Part shown: positions 36,427-50,300 of the stretch, piece by piece
Layout of the letters: each line of letters starts with the position of its first letter
Position numbering within the stretch: the first letter of the stretch is position 1
NCBI GenBank assembly: GCA_905178155.1
Contig: CAJINV010000011.1
Span: forward strand, 3,239,380 to 3,303,379
DNA length: 64,000 bases
DNA from: Amoebophrya sp. A120
Lineage: Eukaryota; Protista; Dinoflagellata
Reading direction: 5' to 3'
Notes under the pieces: generated by a model
What the model saw: only the letters and a program-made list of their open reading frames with translations
Database searches by the model: none
What the model was told of the DNA's origin: nothing
Program-made: the position numbers and the translations under genes

Positions 36427-37508
36427 TAGGGATGTATAGCGAAGGGAGGTCGGAGTTGGTTTGTTGCAATAAAAGAATTTTTCAAGAAAGAACATTCCTA
36501 TCAGCGCATAGTGGGCTCATACAAAACTTTGACTTTCTTCTTGTCCTAGTAAAAGCGCGCCCTTTGATATTATTTTGCCTCAAGAAGTTACTACCCCTAC
36601 TACACGCCCCTGGAGTTGTCATGCATATAGCTGCCCAGCCAAGAACAATTATTCCCTTCCAACTTCAATGAAAAACATAAGTTTTTAACAGCACAAGCGC
36701 ATAATTCTGCATATGCTGCTTTCAGCGTGTTTTGCTACAAGTATTAAGCGACAAAAGTGTTGCTACAAAGCGACCTCTGCATCAGTAGGACTAAGCGAGA
36801 TGCTTCGGTTTGTTTTTTCCAATCTGTGGTTGATGTTGTTCGTGTTCCCCTAAATGAAAGTCCAGATTTCAAATCGGTGATATTATTTTCGTGTGTGCAG
36901 CAGCAAAAGAGAACAACCTAAACCTTAGAATCGGTCGTCCTCCGTGTCTGTTGATCTCACCGAGACGAGGCGTGGTGCTTTTTATACAGGTTTGGAAATC
37001 AAAAGTGAACAGCTGAAGAATTCTTGCTTCCCACCTCGCATCTTTATTACAGCGTCCCAACCAAAATACAGAACTTGCGCATACTAATTTTACCCCCACC
37101 TCCACCTGCCTTTGTACATTATACTTTCCCTTCCAGCGCATTTACATTATAAGTACTCCCTTCCACCGCATTTATTCTTATTTCATAAAAAACTTGCTTG
37201 AGTTTGCTCCAATTCGCAAAAACAGTGATTTTTGAAGTTTTGGTAAGAGTGTCCGTCGTACTATCGTTGTAAACAAAATGTAGAATAGAAAGACAAAGAC
37301 GCCTTGGTTGTGTGAAAAAATGCGCAGAAGCGACTGCCGTCGAGGTGCTGACGGGGCAGTTCCGGTCGGGTGGAAGATGATCATGCGAACTACTGTCAGG
37401 AACAACACCTAGCGTTCCCCTTTGGAGGCACGACCGTTCACGACCTAGGTCCGTGGTACCGACAAGGAAAATCGAGAAATCCAAACCACGCACCAGCCCC
37501 ACATCAAG

Positions 37509-40337
37509 ATGGCGACGACAGCGGCTGTCGCCCCCACTGGCATGCTGCCCAGCGTTTCCATAGAGAAGCGGAAACTCTCTTCTCCCGTCGTCGTCCCTCG
37601 GGTCCCCTCCGGTGGGAGTTGGGCTGACGTGGGTGGAACAACATCGAAAGACGGCAAAATAGCTGTTTCCGGCGGAAACAACAGCGCCGGACTGTCCTGG
37701 GTGGTGGTTAACGAGGGGAAAACGCAGAGAGTCATCCCCTCGGAGCGGGGCGGTCGGGTGTTAAGCATCAGCGATCTGGATAGCTTTGCGTTGTGCTTCT
37801 CGGACAGTGAGCGCGCCTCCATCGCCTTGTCCGACGCATCGGAGAGCAGCCCCGGGGGGATAGTAGGGGGCAATAACGGCGATGGAATCGGGACCGAGGC
37901 GAAGGAAAAGGTCGCTCCAGAACCGGGCATGGTCGTGTGCATCAGAGGTTTGAAAAAGGTTGCCTGGCTGAATGGGGAGCTGGCAAAGGTACAGTGTTCC
38001 TGTTGTAAGTATAGAGGTAGTTCAAGTTCTCACTTTCGCATGTTTGTGTTGCAATTTATTCGTCACTCAGCTTTTATCAATTTATTCTGTTGTCCCACCT
38101 TTTTCTCTTAGTGCAAGAATGACGCCGTGGCCGCTTTTACGACCACAAGGAATCAATGGAAGGTTTTGTGTTGGTCCTTGTCAGGACGTCATTGACATTC
38201 GTCTCTCCAAAACAGGTTCTCTCCGTGGACAGTAAGAGCAACAATTGCAAGATTCTGTTCCTCCGCCAGGAGCTCGCACGGCAGACCGACCACCAGCCCC
38301 ACTACATAGACCTCCGGAACGTGGAACCCATCGGGGCCGGGGAGCAAAACAGCTTCACGTCCTACGTGACCCGGTTCGTGTCGGGACGCTTATTCGGCCG
38401 GACGGCGTCTGAGGACCAGGTGGCGCTCGAAAAAGACGGCACCAACGTGAGTGCAGGTATACATAGTCCTTTACAAACATCAGATTGAGATGAAAGAACA
38501 CATTGTGATCATGATGTGTACTAGTAGGGGAGAAATCTTGGTTTTTATGAACGTTTTTCCAGGTAGTAGTTTCTTTTTGAGTTTTTCAAGATCGAGTTGT
38601 ACACTTTCACCACAATTTATTTTGCCCTTCACAGTTTCTTCCTCCGGTCTCTCCTCGTGGAACGACCTCGGGCGCACGAAGACCCGGGGCAGCAGCCGGT
38701 CCCCGAGCGAAAAGTCCCCGCTCAGGACGTCCAAGCCCGATCCCAGTCCCGCAGACAGCAGCTTCAGCACGTTCGGCCCCTTCGTTTCCGCTACCAGTCC
38801 GAAGTCCGGGGGGGGACTAGCAAGTGAGCAGATGACCACCACTTCTAGGGCGAGTAGCAGTGGTCGTGGTTGTCCAGCAGGTGGTGTAGGTGTACAAGCA
38901 GCACCAGGTGTGCTACCTCCACCACCGCCACCACCACAACCAGCCTCGATGTCACAGGCGTCGCTGGTGATAGGAATGACGAATACAACGACAACTACTT
39001 CCGGAGGTACGGGGACGAACAACGCGACGGACATGAGGTTCAAGCCGGCGATGCGTACGGTGGAGGAAGAGACTGGTAATTACCTTGGGTCCCCGATGCC
39101 GGACGTGCTTTCCGCGCACGCGGTGTTTTCGGACACCGCGCACCCGGTTGTTGACCTGTTTTTCAAAGGGCAAGAAAATAGCGGCAGTGTACATCAAGCC
39201 TCAACAGGGCCGCCGGCGGAGAAAAAAAGGAGTAGTGCCGACGCAGCTCTTCGCGACGAGGGACGTGCGTTTGCTTCCGAACGACCAAAAGAACCGAAAG
39301 AGGAACTAGTACACTCAGGAGGGAAAGACAAAGAGGCAGGTTTACAGGATGAAAGGACTTCTGCTGGTGACAAAACTCCAAGTAACATGTTCACTTCTTC
39401 TTCTACCCGACAGAAAAGCGACAGAAATAACCAGACTGACGGTCAAGCCAAAAAGCCCCCACCACCCGCCGGAAGTGGTGTCACAGAAGATCCCGCAGCG
39501 GGAGGTTCCTCGAGTGGTCCCGGTAGTTGTGCCACGGCTGCTGGAACTACGACCGACGCGGCAGAAAAATCGAAAGCCGTGAACAGCAAAACCATTGGAA
39601 GCAAAGGCAAAGCTGCTTCCAGTGGCGCCAAAGCCGCGGCGGGGACCGTGGCGCAACAGCGCAATAAACCTACGACGAACAATTCTTCTAAAGCGGCTGC
39701 AAGCGTGGGAGCTGTGAACAACAATCGGGAGGTGAACAATCGGGATCCAACCTCCGACGCTTTGGAGCACGTGGTGGCAAGCGTTTCCAGTTTCTTTTCT
39801 GCTGTCTTCAACCCCATGTCAGACGGTGAAAATGAGCAAGTTTCTGCTGTGAATAGCGGGAGCAAAGCTGGCCCTGCGGGATCGAGGTCGAGGACACCGC
39901 AAAACCGAGCGGTGATGAATAAAACCGGGGGAGCAGCAGCAGCAGCAGCGAAGAGCACTAAGGGAACTTCCGCTGGGAACAACAAGCCAGGCGGGAGTAC
40001 AACGGACACAGCAAGTGGTACACAACCCAATATTAATAATATTAAGTCGTCTTCCTCCACTTCTTCTGCAGCCGACCCACAGTCGAAAAAGGAAAAGCCA
40101 GCTGCAAACACTAAGCCCGTCCCGCCGGAGGTGGGGCAGTGGTGCACAATCGTCGGCTTGCGGAAGATTCCGACTCTGAATGGCGAGCGGGCGAAAATCC
40201 TGAAGGAGAAGGACGACCTGCATTGGGAGATTAGTGTGAAAGACTTTGTCGCGATAGTACAGAAGAAAAATGTTACCCTAGATGGTCGTGCCCTTCCAAC
40301 TCCCGGCGAGGCAATTATATCTGCCACAGAAGAGTAG
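37509..40337 (+). CDS. Hypothetical low-complexity protein with a duplicated small beta-rich domain; canonical introns
   Basis: PEPGMVVCIRGLKKVAWLNGELAK and PEVGQWCTIVGLRKIPTLNGERAKI flank a long S/T/G/A-rich region; exon boundaries approximate. Confidence 0.6.
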
Positions 40338-42954
40338 GCGGAACCGGAAGAAGTAGGCAGAGCCCGGTGAAAAGTGAATTTATTACAACCCAAACACTAC
40401 TAGTGCTACCCGAAAGGAAGATGCAACGGCCTTGCTACTTATATATTCTACCCACCTAGTCCTAAACGGTTCTACCCTGAATGATTATGAAAGAAGTTTC
40501 GAAAGATTTATAGCGAGAGTAGAAAACTTTGCCAGACCGTGTAGAATTTTCTTTGTAGTGGAAAAAGTACAGTGGTTGTAGGTAAGGCAAACGGGATGCG
40601 TTTCCGATTCCACATTTTTTGAAGTTTTGGAATAAATGTACCTGTGTTTGCGGAAGCACTAAGCCGACAATTGAAAAGTCCCCGCAAGACTTGGGCGCTT
40701 TTGACGGAATTGATGCCGCTGTGTTCGGATTGGTGAGCGAGTTGGGATCCGTGTGCCTTCCGTGCCAAAGACGTTTTTCGCGGTAGCTTTGCTGAAGCCC
40801 CTGCCCGATTGGGCCCCGCAGGTGTGGCCGACTAGGGTCGGGAACGAGTGCGCGCCCGCTTTGCGCTCAGCCCCCCCGGTCCCTTCTCGTGGGGCACAGA
40901 CCCAGCGCACCGGAGGCGGCCCGTTTGCGCGCTCCGTTGTTGTGTCAGGGCCCGCGATCGGCGCGCCGCTGAGTTCACGGAGATGACGCAGCGCGCGCAG
41001 CGCTTGCAGGGCGCCCACAGTGCGGAAACGGCCTGGGCGGCCGAGTGGGCGACGCTTGCCTTAGACAGGGCTAAAAAAAAACTTGCCGCCCGGCGGGGCC
41101 GCGGCGGAATCGCGGCGGAGGCAGAGCGCCACGGCGGAACGCCCGGGAACGCGGAGTGGTTTGCAGTCATTAGGCTGCCCGCCGCGCGCTTCCCGGGGCC
41201 TTCAGCCCCTGGCATTTGGATTTTCTTTCATTTTTTTGATGCGGCCGGCCGGTCGCAGTAGGGCCGCACAGCGTGGAAACCCTCCGGGCCGCTTTCCGGC
41301 CGGCGCGCGACACTCGTCCGCCGGTCCCCCAGGCCCAGGCTGAAGCCACTGCAGCGGCCCGCATCGGCGCCATCAGCCTTGGCGGCGGCGCCTCGGCGCA
41401 GCCTTTGCCGGCGCTCTTGGACTTCGTCGGGATGGAGAGCGGATTGGCGGAGAGCGTAGCGGCGCCGTTTCCGACGGTTTGGCGCCGGGGGGCAACAGCG
41501 AAGGGAGGCAGTGGGGCGCCTTGGATTATGGGCCGCGCGAGGACGCGCCCGCGTTGATAGCGGGGGCGACGGGACCGCGGCCCTAAGCAAGGCAGACAGG
41601 CCGATAGGAAGGGCCGAGAGAGAACAAGGCCACTGCTTCGGGTCCCAGCCGGTGCGTGGCGCCTGGCTGGTGGACCAGCTGCGCTTCTCCTGGCGAACAC
41701 ATCGCGCGCCGTGCCATCTGGGATAGAAGAAGTAAGCTGAAGCTTTTCCAACAGACACGGCCGCAATGCTGTCGCGCCTTCCGAAGAGATCCCGCCGTGG
41801 GGGGAGTGCTAATGCACGTAGGCGAGGACTTCTGTCTGGTCGCGAGCGCGCAGGAGGAGCGCGGCCTGCCCGGACGCAGGGGAGAACAGTGCAGCAGGCG
41901 CCGGGGGGCTGGAGGTCTTGCATGGCCATCATCTGGATCAGACAGGAAGCGGCGCAAGGTTTCAGCTCGGCCCTTGGGTGCTCCTTAGCGGCGGGGCTTT
42001 TCATAATATCAGGCGCGCGCAACGGTGCGAATTGTATCAGCGCGCCAGGAGGTTCGCGAAGCGGTAGAGGGGCTCGCGGCTCTCGCGGTGCCCGCCATCG
42101 CGGCGAAGGGAATCAACTACCGAAGCGCGGCCGCGCCGGATGCCGCCTGGCACTCGGGTGGGTACGAGATGCGCGACTACAGAGGTGGCGGAGTTTGTTC
42201 CGCAGGATCTGCGTCGCGGCCCAGCAATAAACTCAGCAGCATGCGCCCCCTGCTGCTGGTCAGGTATGAGGGCGCTCTGCTAAGGTGAGCAGATTCGGGC
42301 GAGCCCGGTGGCACCGCCCGCGTTATTCCGCTCCCGAAGGAAGCCGGCTGCGCCAGTGCGGTAAAGGTAGGCGTAGTGCCTCAGCAGGGAGCCCCGCTCC
42401 GTCGGCCGCGACTCGGGCGCGCCTTCCTTTGCTATTGGCCGGCGAAACGTGAGGCGCGGCGCCGGCATGCGCTCGCCCCCCCGCTGGCCCCACAAGATAA
42501 ATGGGTCGACGCAGGCTTGTGGTGTTGAGCGGGGCCCAAGCGATTTAACGGGGGCATGCGCGCGCCTTTTCAGGGTTGGGCCCGCTGTTGCCTTCATTGT
42601 CGGGCGGGGCCAGTCCCCGGCGTCACCGACAAACTGCGCGGACAGGAGTGAGAAATAGCGCGGCAACATCTGCTTCAGCCGTTGTCTTACGGTAAGCACT
42701 AGGCCGCTGCGCGTGCGCAGCGGGCGGAGCCATCCATGTTCTCGAAAATGCAGTCAGCTCAGGCAGTGCGCCTTCACGACGTTAGTGCGTTTGTATCGAT
42801 CAATGGATTGCCCAGGACCTGGGCAGCACAAGTGCAAGGCTTTCAGCTTTTGCTTTTGTCAGTAGACTGGCATCTGGTGACTGCATTCCAACTTGCGCAC
42901 TTAGTTTTCCCTTGTTACTGTTTCCAAGAAAACTTGTCATATAGTAGATTCATT

Positions 42955-43770
42955 ATGCCCCCGTGCGCGCAGTGTGGGACCGATCCCGCGGCGGCCTCGT
43001 TCAAATGTACGCAGTGTCCGGACGGCGTGGTCCACGTCTTCAGTGTGTGCGACCGGGACTGCCAGAAGGAGTTCTGGAAGACCCACAAGAAAACGCACAC
43101 CACGGCCAAGAATAAACGACCCGCGTCTACTACTTCATCTGGCGCGACGAGACAGCAACAGGCGACGAACAGCTCCCCCTTGTTCTCCGACATGCTGGAC
43201 AACGCGCAGTACTGGACGAAGCAGCTCGACCAGAAGGAGCAGCCGGAGTGGTTGGTCGACTGCTACCGCATGCGGCTGGACGACGACTACGCCTGGGGTG
43301 GCGGAAATTTGCACGGCCTCTACGACGCGCACGACTGCGAGACCGAGGAGGAACGAACCGCCATGATCGTCACCGATTTCCTGTGCTTCTTGAAGCTGGG
43401 CGTCCGACACAAGGCTATCCCCAACAACTTCGACTTCCGCACGACCCTGCTGACGCACGCGGTGCAGTTACTTCCCTACGCGTTTGAAAAATCGGACGCC
43501 AAGGAGAAGTGGGGCGGCGAAAACGTATTTTCCATGTTCACGGGCGGCCGGCCCAGCCTGCGCGCCGTCGGGGAACAGATTGTGGGGAAGGGGGTGATGT
43601 GTGGTGCGGAACAAAAGCCGGGCACTGTGTCCTGGGACAGTATGGAGCAGGAACTCGTGCGGAAGCTCGGAAGTGAGCTGGAAATGATGGAGACAGCAGA
43701 CGAGAAGCTCTTTGTCGACGTCGGTGGAAAAGCGCTCTGGCTGGAATTCGTCGAGGCGTTCGACGGTTAA
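42955..43770 (+). CDS. MYND-type zinc finger protein
   Basis: CAQC...CTQC...VCDRDCQKEFWKTHKKTH followed by an LVDCYRMRLDDDY domain; intronless. Confidence 0.75.
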   Translation: MPPCAQCGTDPAAASFKCTQCPDGVVHVFSVCDRDCQKEFWKTHKKTHTTAKNKRPASTTSSGATRQQQATNSSPLFSDMLDNAQYWTKQLDQKEQPEWLVDCYRMRLDDDYAWGGGNLHGLYDAHDCETEEERTAMIVTDFLCFLKLGVRHKAIPNNFDFRTTLLTHAVQLLPYAFEKSDAKEKWGGENVFSMFTGGRPSLRAVGEQIVGKGVMCGAEQKPGTVSWDSMEQELVRKLGSELEMMETADEKLFVDVGGKALWLEFVEAFDG

Positions 43771-44680
43771 GTAAAATGGAGTTAGAAGCAAGTGTAAAGA
43801 AGATGACCACATGATATAACCACGATGAGACGCACCAGGACTGAGTTTGACTGACGCGTATGTAGGAAGGACTTTAAGTTTCGCCCTTTTATACGAAGAG
43901 ACGCTTCATCGTCCACATCGACATCTTCCACTTGGCTCTGCCACATGGTTATTTTCTAGTACTTCGGTGGCGCTCGCGTTCGTTTTCTGGTCTCGGTTTC
44001 TGAAAACATATAACAGCATCGGTTTTGACATTCGTGTCGAATTTCGTAGCGTTACAACCGAAATAAAGCAGCAGTCGGTTCGTGCATTGCCTTCTTCTGT
44101 TTCATCAAAGTGAATGAATTGTCGGTTGCAGCTTCTGTACTTGTCGGATGAGTGCACGTTTCTGTCGTTCACGAAAAGCGTTCTTTTTGAGTTAGCATCC
44201 TCGTCCAATCTTGCCACCGTGGCCATTTAGTACTGACTTGGTTCCTGCGTGTAGCTATCATGAAGCGCGACTGATGTCACAAAACAAAAGTGAACACTAG
44301 CTGATTACTTACCAACAGGGTCTTGCAGGATTTTCTGATTTTCCCCAAAAATTTTCCCACAAGACTTTTTTTCGCAAGATTTTCCCTCATCATCTATCAT
44401 CACATTGCTGACCACAAAGATCGATTTTTCTTGTAGTACACGTACGTTGGCTTTTTGTAGTTTGGCTTTCATTTACAACAACGCAAAAAATTTTTTCGAA
44501 CCTTCCTGTTCTCCTCGACTTACAAAAGACGATTTGTTATTAAGAGCCTCATCTCGCTGATACTTTCAATAGGTCGTCCTCTCAGGTGGAAGGTAGTAAA
44601 TTGAAGCGGAAATAACAGGAAGTGGACACGGAGCTTTTTTTGTCGAGACCACTTCTTGCAGGAGTTCCAGCGTCGACGAA

Positions 44681-45544
44681 ATGCCGAACTCGAAATCTTC
44701 GACTACCGCTTCGTCCTCCGCCGATGACCATGAAATCGACGTGGCTCGCCTGGCCCGGATGCACACGCCCCCCGTGGGCTTCCGGAGCGCGAAGCGGGAC
44801 CCGGCGCTGCGGAGAGCCGCCGCTGAGAAGCAGATGAAACCCGAAGGGGAAGAGCAAATGCAGGTCGAGCAAGGAGTAGAGGACGAACAGGATTTCACGG
44901 CTGGGCGGGAACACGAGTCGAGCAGCTCCGTCGGGTCCTGTGCGGAAGAAAGCACGACTGCAGGCGAGTCTTCCGCCTCGGAGCTGCCGATGTCGCAGGC
45001 GGAGTTGATGAACCTGCGGCGGCAACTGCGCGCCCGGCGGCCGAAGAAGCCGGAGGAGTATCAAATGCAAAAATGTCTGGGTCTGGAAACTTGTAATGCT
45101 GGTTGGGAAAGACAAGAAAACCTCAGTTGACTGCCAAGCATGACAAGTTTTGGAGTTGCTAGTACAGTCTTGTCTAGTCTGCATGACAAAGTGAGCTTCT
45201 GCATGAGAGAAAAGTGGGAGACTTGGGTCACGCCCATGACAAACTTAAGAGTCATGTTAGCCAAGCATGACAAACCTTGCATCTTTCCAGACCCAAACAT
45301 ATTTGCAATGCATAAGGAGCTGCTGGACGACAGTCCGTTCGACAACTGGTCGGACGGTCAGCACGACGAGCGGGGTGTCCGCAGGGCCGAGAAACATTCC
45401 TGGTGGTACCGGTGCAGGCGGCGGTTGCACCGCACCAAGCTGTTCGCGCGCGTCTACTGTTGCACCCCGGAGACGGATCTGAACAAGAAGCGGGACACCA
45501 TTCTCAACCGAAGGGCGCACCGGCACGTGGTCGCGCTGGTGTAA
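44681..45544 (+). CDS. Hypothetical protein (one introner; may continue 3')
   Basis: RRPKKPEE|LLDDSPFDNW joins in frame after removal. Confidence 0.6.
45059..45314. mobile_element. Introner, family A
   Basis: tatcaaatgcaaaaatgtctgggtctgg ... ccagacccaaacatatttgcaatgcata; DR aggag/aggag. Confidence 0.92.
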
Positions 45545-47324
45545 GTAACGCAGTAGAAGGTGTAGGTGGTGCACTTTTCTTCTTTTGTGGATTGGCGTTC
45601 CTTTGATATGATCCTTGTCAGCTTCAGCTTGTCGTATTCGATTATTTTGATGAGTGTGATTTTTCTTGCTGAGAATCGGTCTTATCACCCTCCGCAAGTG
45701 CCCGGTTTGATCTCGATCGAACTACCAGCATTTTACCTAATTATACCATAGCGAACTTTTTTGACCTTTTCAACCTTTTGCATACTCTTACTTTCCATAT
45801 TACGCATAAGTACCTTTGTGCAATTAAAGAATTTCGATTTTACACATTTTTCCTTCCGTTGTTTTTCTTTTTACTTATCTGAATCTGTTACTACTGAATC
45901 CACTATGTGAATCTTCTTGCACTACCAAAATAAATACCGACGCTGTTCTTCAGCCCCTTACCAATATCGACGCTGTTTTTCAGCCCCCCTTTTCTGTCTG
46001 TATCTCTCAGCACTTTTTTTTATCTTGGTCTCGTACTTTTAATCACTCACTTCCCCCTTTTTTTTTGCACTATAATTCTTTTGCTATTGCAGCTATACTT
46101 CAGGAGACTTGAAATCGACAGAGAACTAGTAGGCGTGGTTTTCGTTCTTTTTACAGACCTAAACCTTTGTTCTCAGTCGATTGTCCTTTGTGTCGACCTC
46201 CTCGCTTGTTGGATGAAAATGACTAGCGTGATGTGTGTCGCACTTGGGACGGCATCACTTTTCTTCGCGAAAAGTGATGGCAGCCACAACGCTACCGGAG
46301 CAAGCTGTGTGCTGCTTTTTTGAACTACCTTGATCTAAGATTGGCCGGCGGCTCGGCATGCAGCCAACCAAGTGAGATTGGTCAAGCTGCAGGCCAAGCT
46401 CCGTCGCGCCACAAGCAAGAACGACGAGAGTACAACAACTCCGCTAGCTACTAGTACGAAAAGGAGCGATGGGGTACTAGGGTGCCGCGTGTCGAGGAAA
46501 ATATTAAAGACACCATTCATAGTACTACCACACCTCCTGAACGAGCACACGTAGGAGCATATTTTTAGCCTAGTGGAGTCGATGAACTCTGAGCAGGAGT
46601 ATTTTGACACTTTATTCCGGCGTTGATCAAGATTGGCTCGATTACCGGTGGAGCGTTCTTGGTTTGGGCTTCGCCTGGACCTAGAAGGATTCTCCACCAC
46701 AACACAATTAGATAAAGGACCGGAGGTTTGATCCTTTTACTTTTTTCTTCTTTCTACTATCCCTTTTTGTTTTTGGTCTTTTTCTTTTGTTTTGTCTGCT
46801 CTCTAAGTAACCCCAGCACACTATGATCTATTGCACTTGATTCCTTGTTTACAACATTTTCTCTCGGACAAATTCTTTTCTCAATATGGATTCTGTCATG
46901 TCAAAAATTAAAATCACCTGTGGTTGTAGCGTTGAATCGCCATCGGATGGCGAGGGAATGTCTTGAAAGAGGCACTGAAAACAAGGTGTTCAAGAATTTG
47001 TGTAGTAGCAGGTTCCTGCTAGAATTCTCTGGTGTGTCTTCAGTGTCGAGGGTGAGAGCGTAAAGATGGAAAAAATGATCTTGGAGTTGTGAGAGCTTTA
47101 CACGTGCCAGCCCGGGCCCGGAGCGAGCTTTAGATAGGAGACCGGACTATATTTATAGAGACTGGTGAAGATTGAAATAACAAATATTATTCCTTCATCG
47201 GGAAGTTGAAGTAATAGACCCGGGATCTTGGTTGATATTGATTACCACGAGCTTCTACCACAAGAGCTCCGGAGAGTACTATTCCTGCCGTGTTAATATT
47301 CACGAACTAGTCTAGAGAGAAACA

Positions 47325-50300
47325 ATGAAGTCTTCATGTCCGCCTCGTCGCCTGCAGCCATGGCTGCAGCTGTTTCTGCGCCTATTCTTGGCCACCAGTG
47401 CAACATCTTCATTACTCCTAGGAGGATCTTTTCTCCACGTTCGCGCCGAGCTGCTTTCCGGGATGGTCGAGCGGCTGGTGTTCGCGGGCAACAGCGGTAA
47501 CTGCGACACGGAGTGCGGGCACCGCTGTCTTTCCGGGTCGGACCTCGAGCGCTGCGCGGCGGAGTGCGGGTGTGGCGGGGGGTACTCGAACATTTTTGCC
47601 TTCACCTCCGACGACTTGTTCTACACGCACGACGGCGGACAGCAGTGGTCGCGGGTCGACAGCAACTTTCTCGCTCGCGGCGAGGCCGCCGAACAAGAGA
47701 AGCTGCGTATTGTGAGGAAAAATCCCCCCTCCCCATACCAACCCGGGACACTTTTGAAAATTTGTGATGCTGATTTGTGACCACAAGTCGTGTCTGTATT
47801 GCAGGAAGGCAAAGCCAAAAACCCCGCCGCGTTCTGCAGGGGATTTGTAATGCTGTATGGCCTACAGAGGACGCGACTGCCTTGCTAGGCGCCTACGCCA
47901 AACCTCCCTTACTCAGGCTCTCTATCTGCCTGTAGTCCTCTACTGCAAGACAAAGCCAATTTGTGTACACAGATTCCGCATCACAAATTTCCACTTCGAT
48001 ATGGGGTGGGGGGATGTTTCCTTTTGATACTGCGCATGCAGTTGCCGCTGGCTTTTGGCCAGTTGTCGCAGATCAATACCGCGCCGGACGAGGAATATCA
48101 AAGTGAAAAAAGCCCCCACCCCATATTCAAAAGACAATTTGTGTTGCTGGATTTGTGTACACAGATACACTTTGTATTGCAGCAATAGCTTCTTGTCGGC
48201 ATAGTACCCTAAGCCCATTTGAGGGTACGCATCTTCCGGCTAGCAGTTCTTGAGGATGAGAAACAAGTCTGATATAGGCGAAAACGCATGACAGACTCGC
48301 GGCACAATGCGCCACATGGGTGCCGTTTGCCTTGTACGCAAGACAAAGCTGATTTGAGGTCATCAATCAGCATTGCAAATTTTATTCTTTTCGATATGAG
48401 GAGGGGGCATTTTTCCTTACGATAAGGAAAGCAAAATGAACACCCCGGAGCCGGAGAGCAGTGGGGCGAATGGCGAGATGGTTGCAAACGTGGTGGTATC
48501 AAATGTAAAAATGTCTGGGTCTGGAAGATTCTGAGATTTGTCATGCATGTTTTGCATGACCCAGGATGTCTGTAATGCACGACCGCGCATCACAGATTTT
48601 GAGAGGGCTTCCTGATGCCTACTCCGCATGACAAAGGCCCTCCCCGCGTAGCACAAACTAGACTCCTCTTGCTGGCCATGCAATACAGATTTTTCTAGAG
48701 TCCAAAGTGAGCATCACAAGTTCCAATCTTCCAGACCCAGACATTTTTGCATTTGATAGGTGGATCCGTTGTTCACACTGAATTTCGGCATGGTACCGAC
48801 CGGCGGTTCCTTTAGCAGCAACGGAGAAATGACTGGAGGTGGCAAGGAGCATGAAGATCTTCCCACGCAGGAGCCGCACAGAACGTCGTTTGCGCAGCGC
48901 CGGGACAGCACTACGGTCACCCCCGGGAGCAGCGCGTTCGCGGGGACCAGCGCCACCAGCCCAATTTTGCAGAAGTTCTCCGGCTATCAACTGCAAATGT
49001 GTCCGGTGTAGTTTTGGAAGATTGCTACATTTGTCAGGTGGCATGGTTGACATGATCATTCGAGAATCTGTGATGCATGAGCACGAACAACGAACAAAGG
49101 GCCCTCCTAGTTGTCCTACCTGTCATGCAAAAAGAACGCAGTTTGCGGTGCGGAATGTTGAATACGCAACACATAGGAGCTCAAAAATTTGTCAACATGC
49201 TTGGCTCCGTCTTGCGTTCTTGCGCCTCTCATTCACTTCTCACATTACGGAGCAGACCCAGATCGAGATTTGCATTTGATACCGGCAGTAAGCACGCCTC
49301 GAACCAGCACCAGGTTTACGTGTCGGAGCGGGATCGGGACCAGGTGGCGCTGGCCACGGTCTCCGGCCTGTGGTTGTCCCGGGACGCCGGGCGGTCGTGG
49401 CGGGCGGCGTCCTCCGTGCCGCAACCGTTAAACACCACGTCTCTCGCCCGGTGGGACTGGCACCCGCGCACCGTCGGGACGGCGCTGGTGCTGACGAAGA
49501 GGGGCGTGCTGTTTCAGGTGCAGGTCGCCGTGTCTTTATCCTGGCTGCACTGGAAGCTGGTGGATACGGGGGTTCACAACTTTGCCTGGGGCCTTGGCGT
49601 AGAACAGTTCACGGCCGCTCCAACCAACCAGCAGTTAGACAGAGTGTACTTAGTGAAACGGCATCGCGCCGGGGGCTACGAGGAGACCAATGCGGATAGC
49701 GCGTCGTCGTCTACTAGACGCGGGGTTCTTGCGCCGATGCAGTTTGTCGCCAATTTCGGTGCCGGCATGTCCGCCTGGCCGACGTTTTCTTTTTTCACTT
49801 CCACGCACGGGATAAACAGTACAAGTGCACCACGGACATCAAGAACTCCTGGCGCGGAGGATGTTGAATTGCAGTTACAGCAGCAATCTCCAACGATGAA
49901 CAGCGAAGACCGTCCAGCAGGACCCGCTGCGAAGACCCTACAGAGAGGCAGCTCCGCAACGGCCCCAGGGGCTCGCGACACAAAAAATCCTCCGCTCTCC
50001 GAGGAGAAGTTTTTCTTCGGACATGGGTACGACCTGCTGCGGTCGGACGACTTCATGACCACGTTCGAGGTGCTGATCGGCGACGGGTCACCAGCCTCCG
50101 GTCCGCGGGTGGCCGCACGCATCTTGTTCGAGGCAGGGCTGATACTCGCCGTCGCGCTGGAAACGCCGAAATCGATGTTCCGCTCGGGCGCGACCAAGCA
50201 GGAGCGCGAGCAGCTCTTTCTGTGGTGCTTCGACGGCGCCAAGCACGCACGCGACGAGGCGGCGGCGGGAGCGTGGTTCGGGAGTAGCGAGTACAACTCC

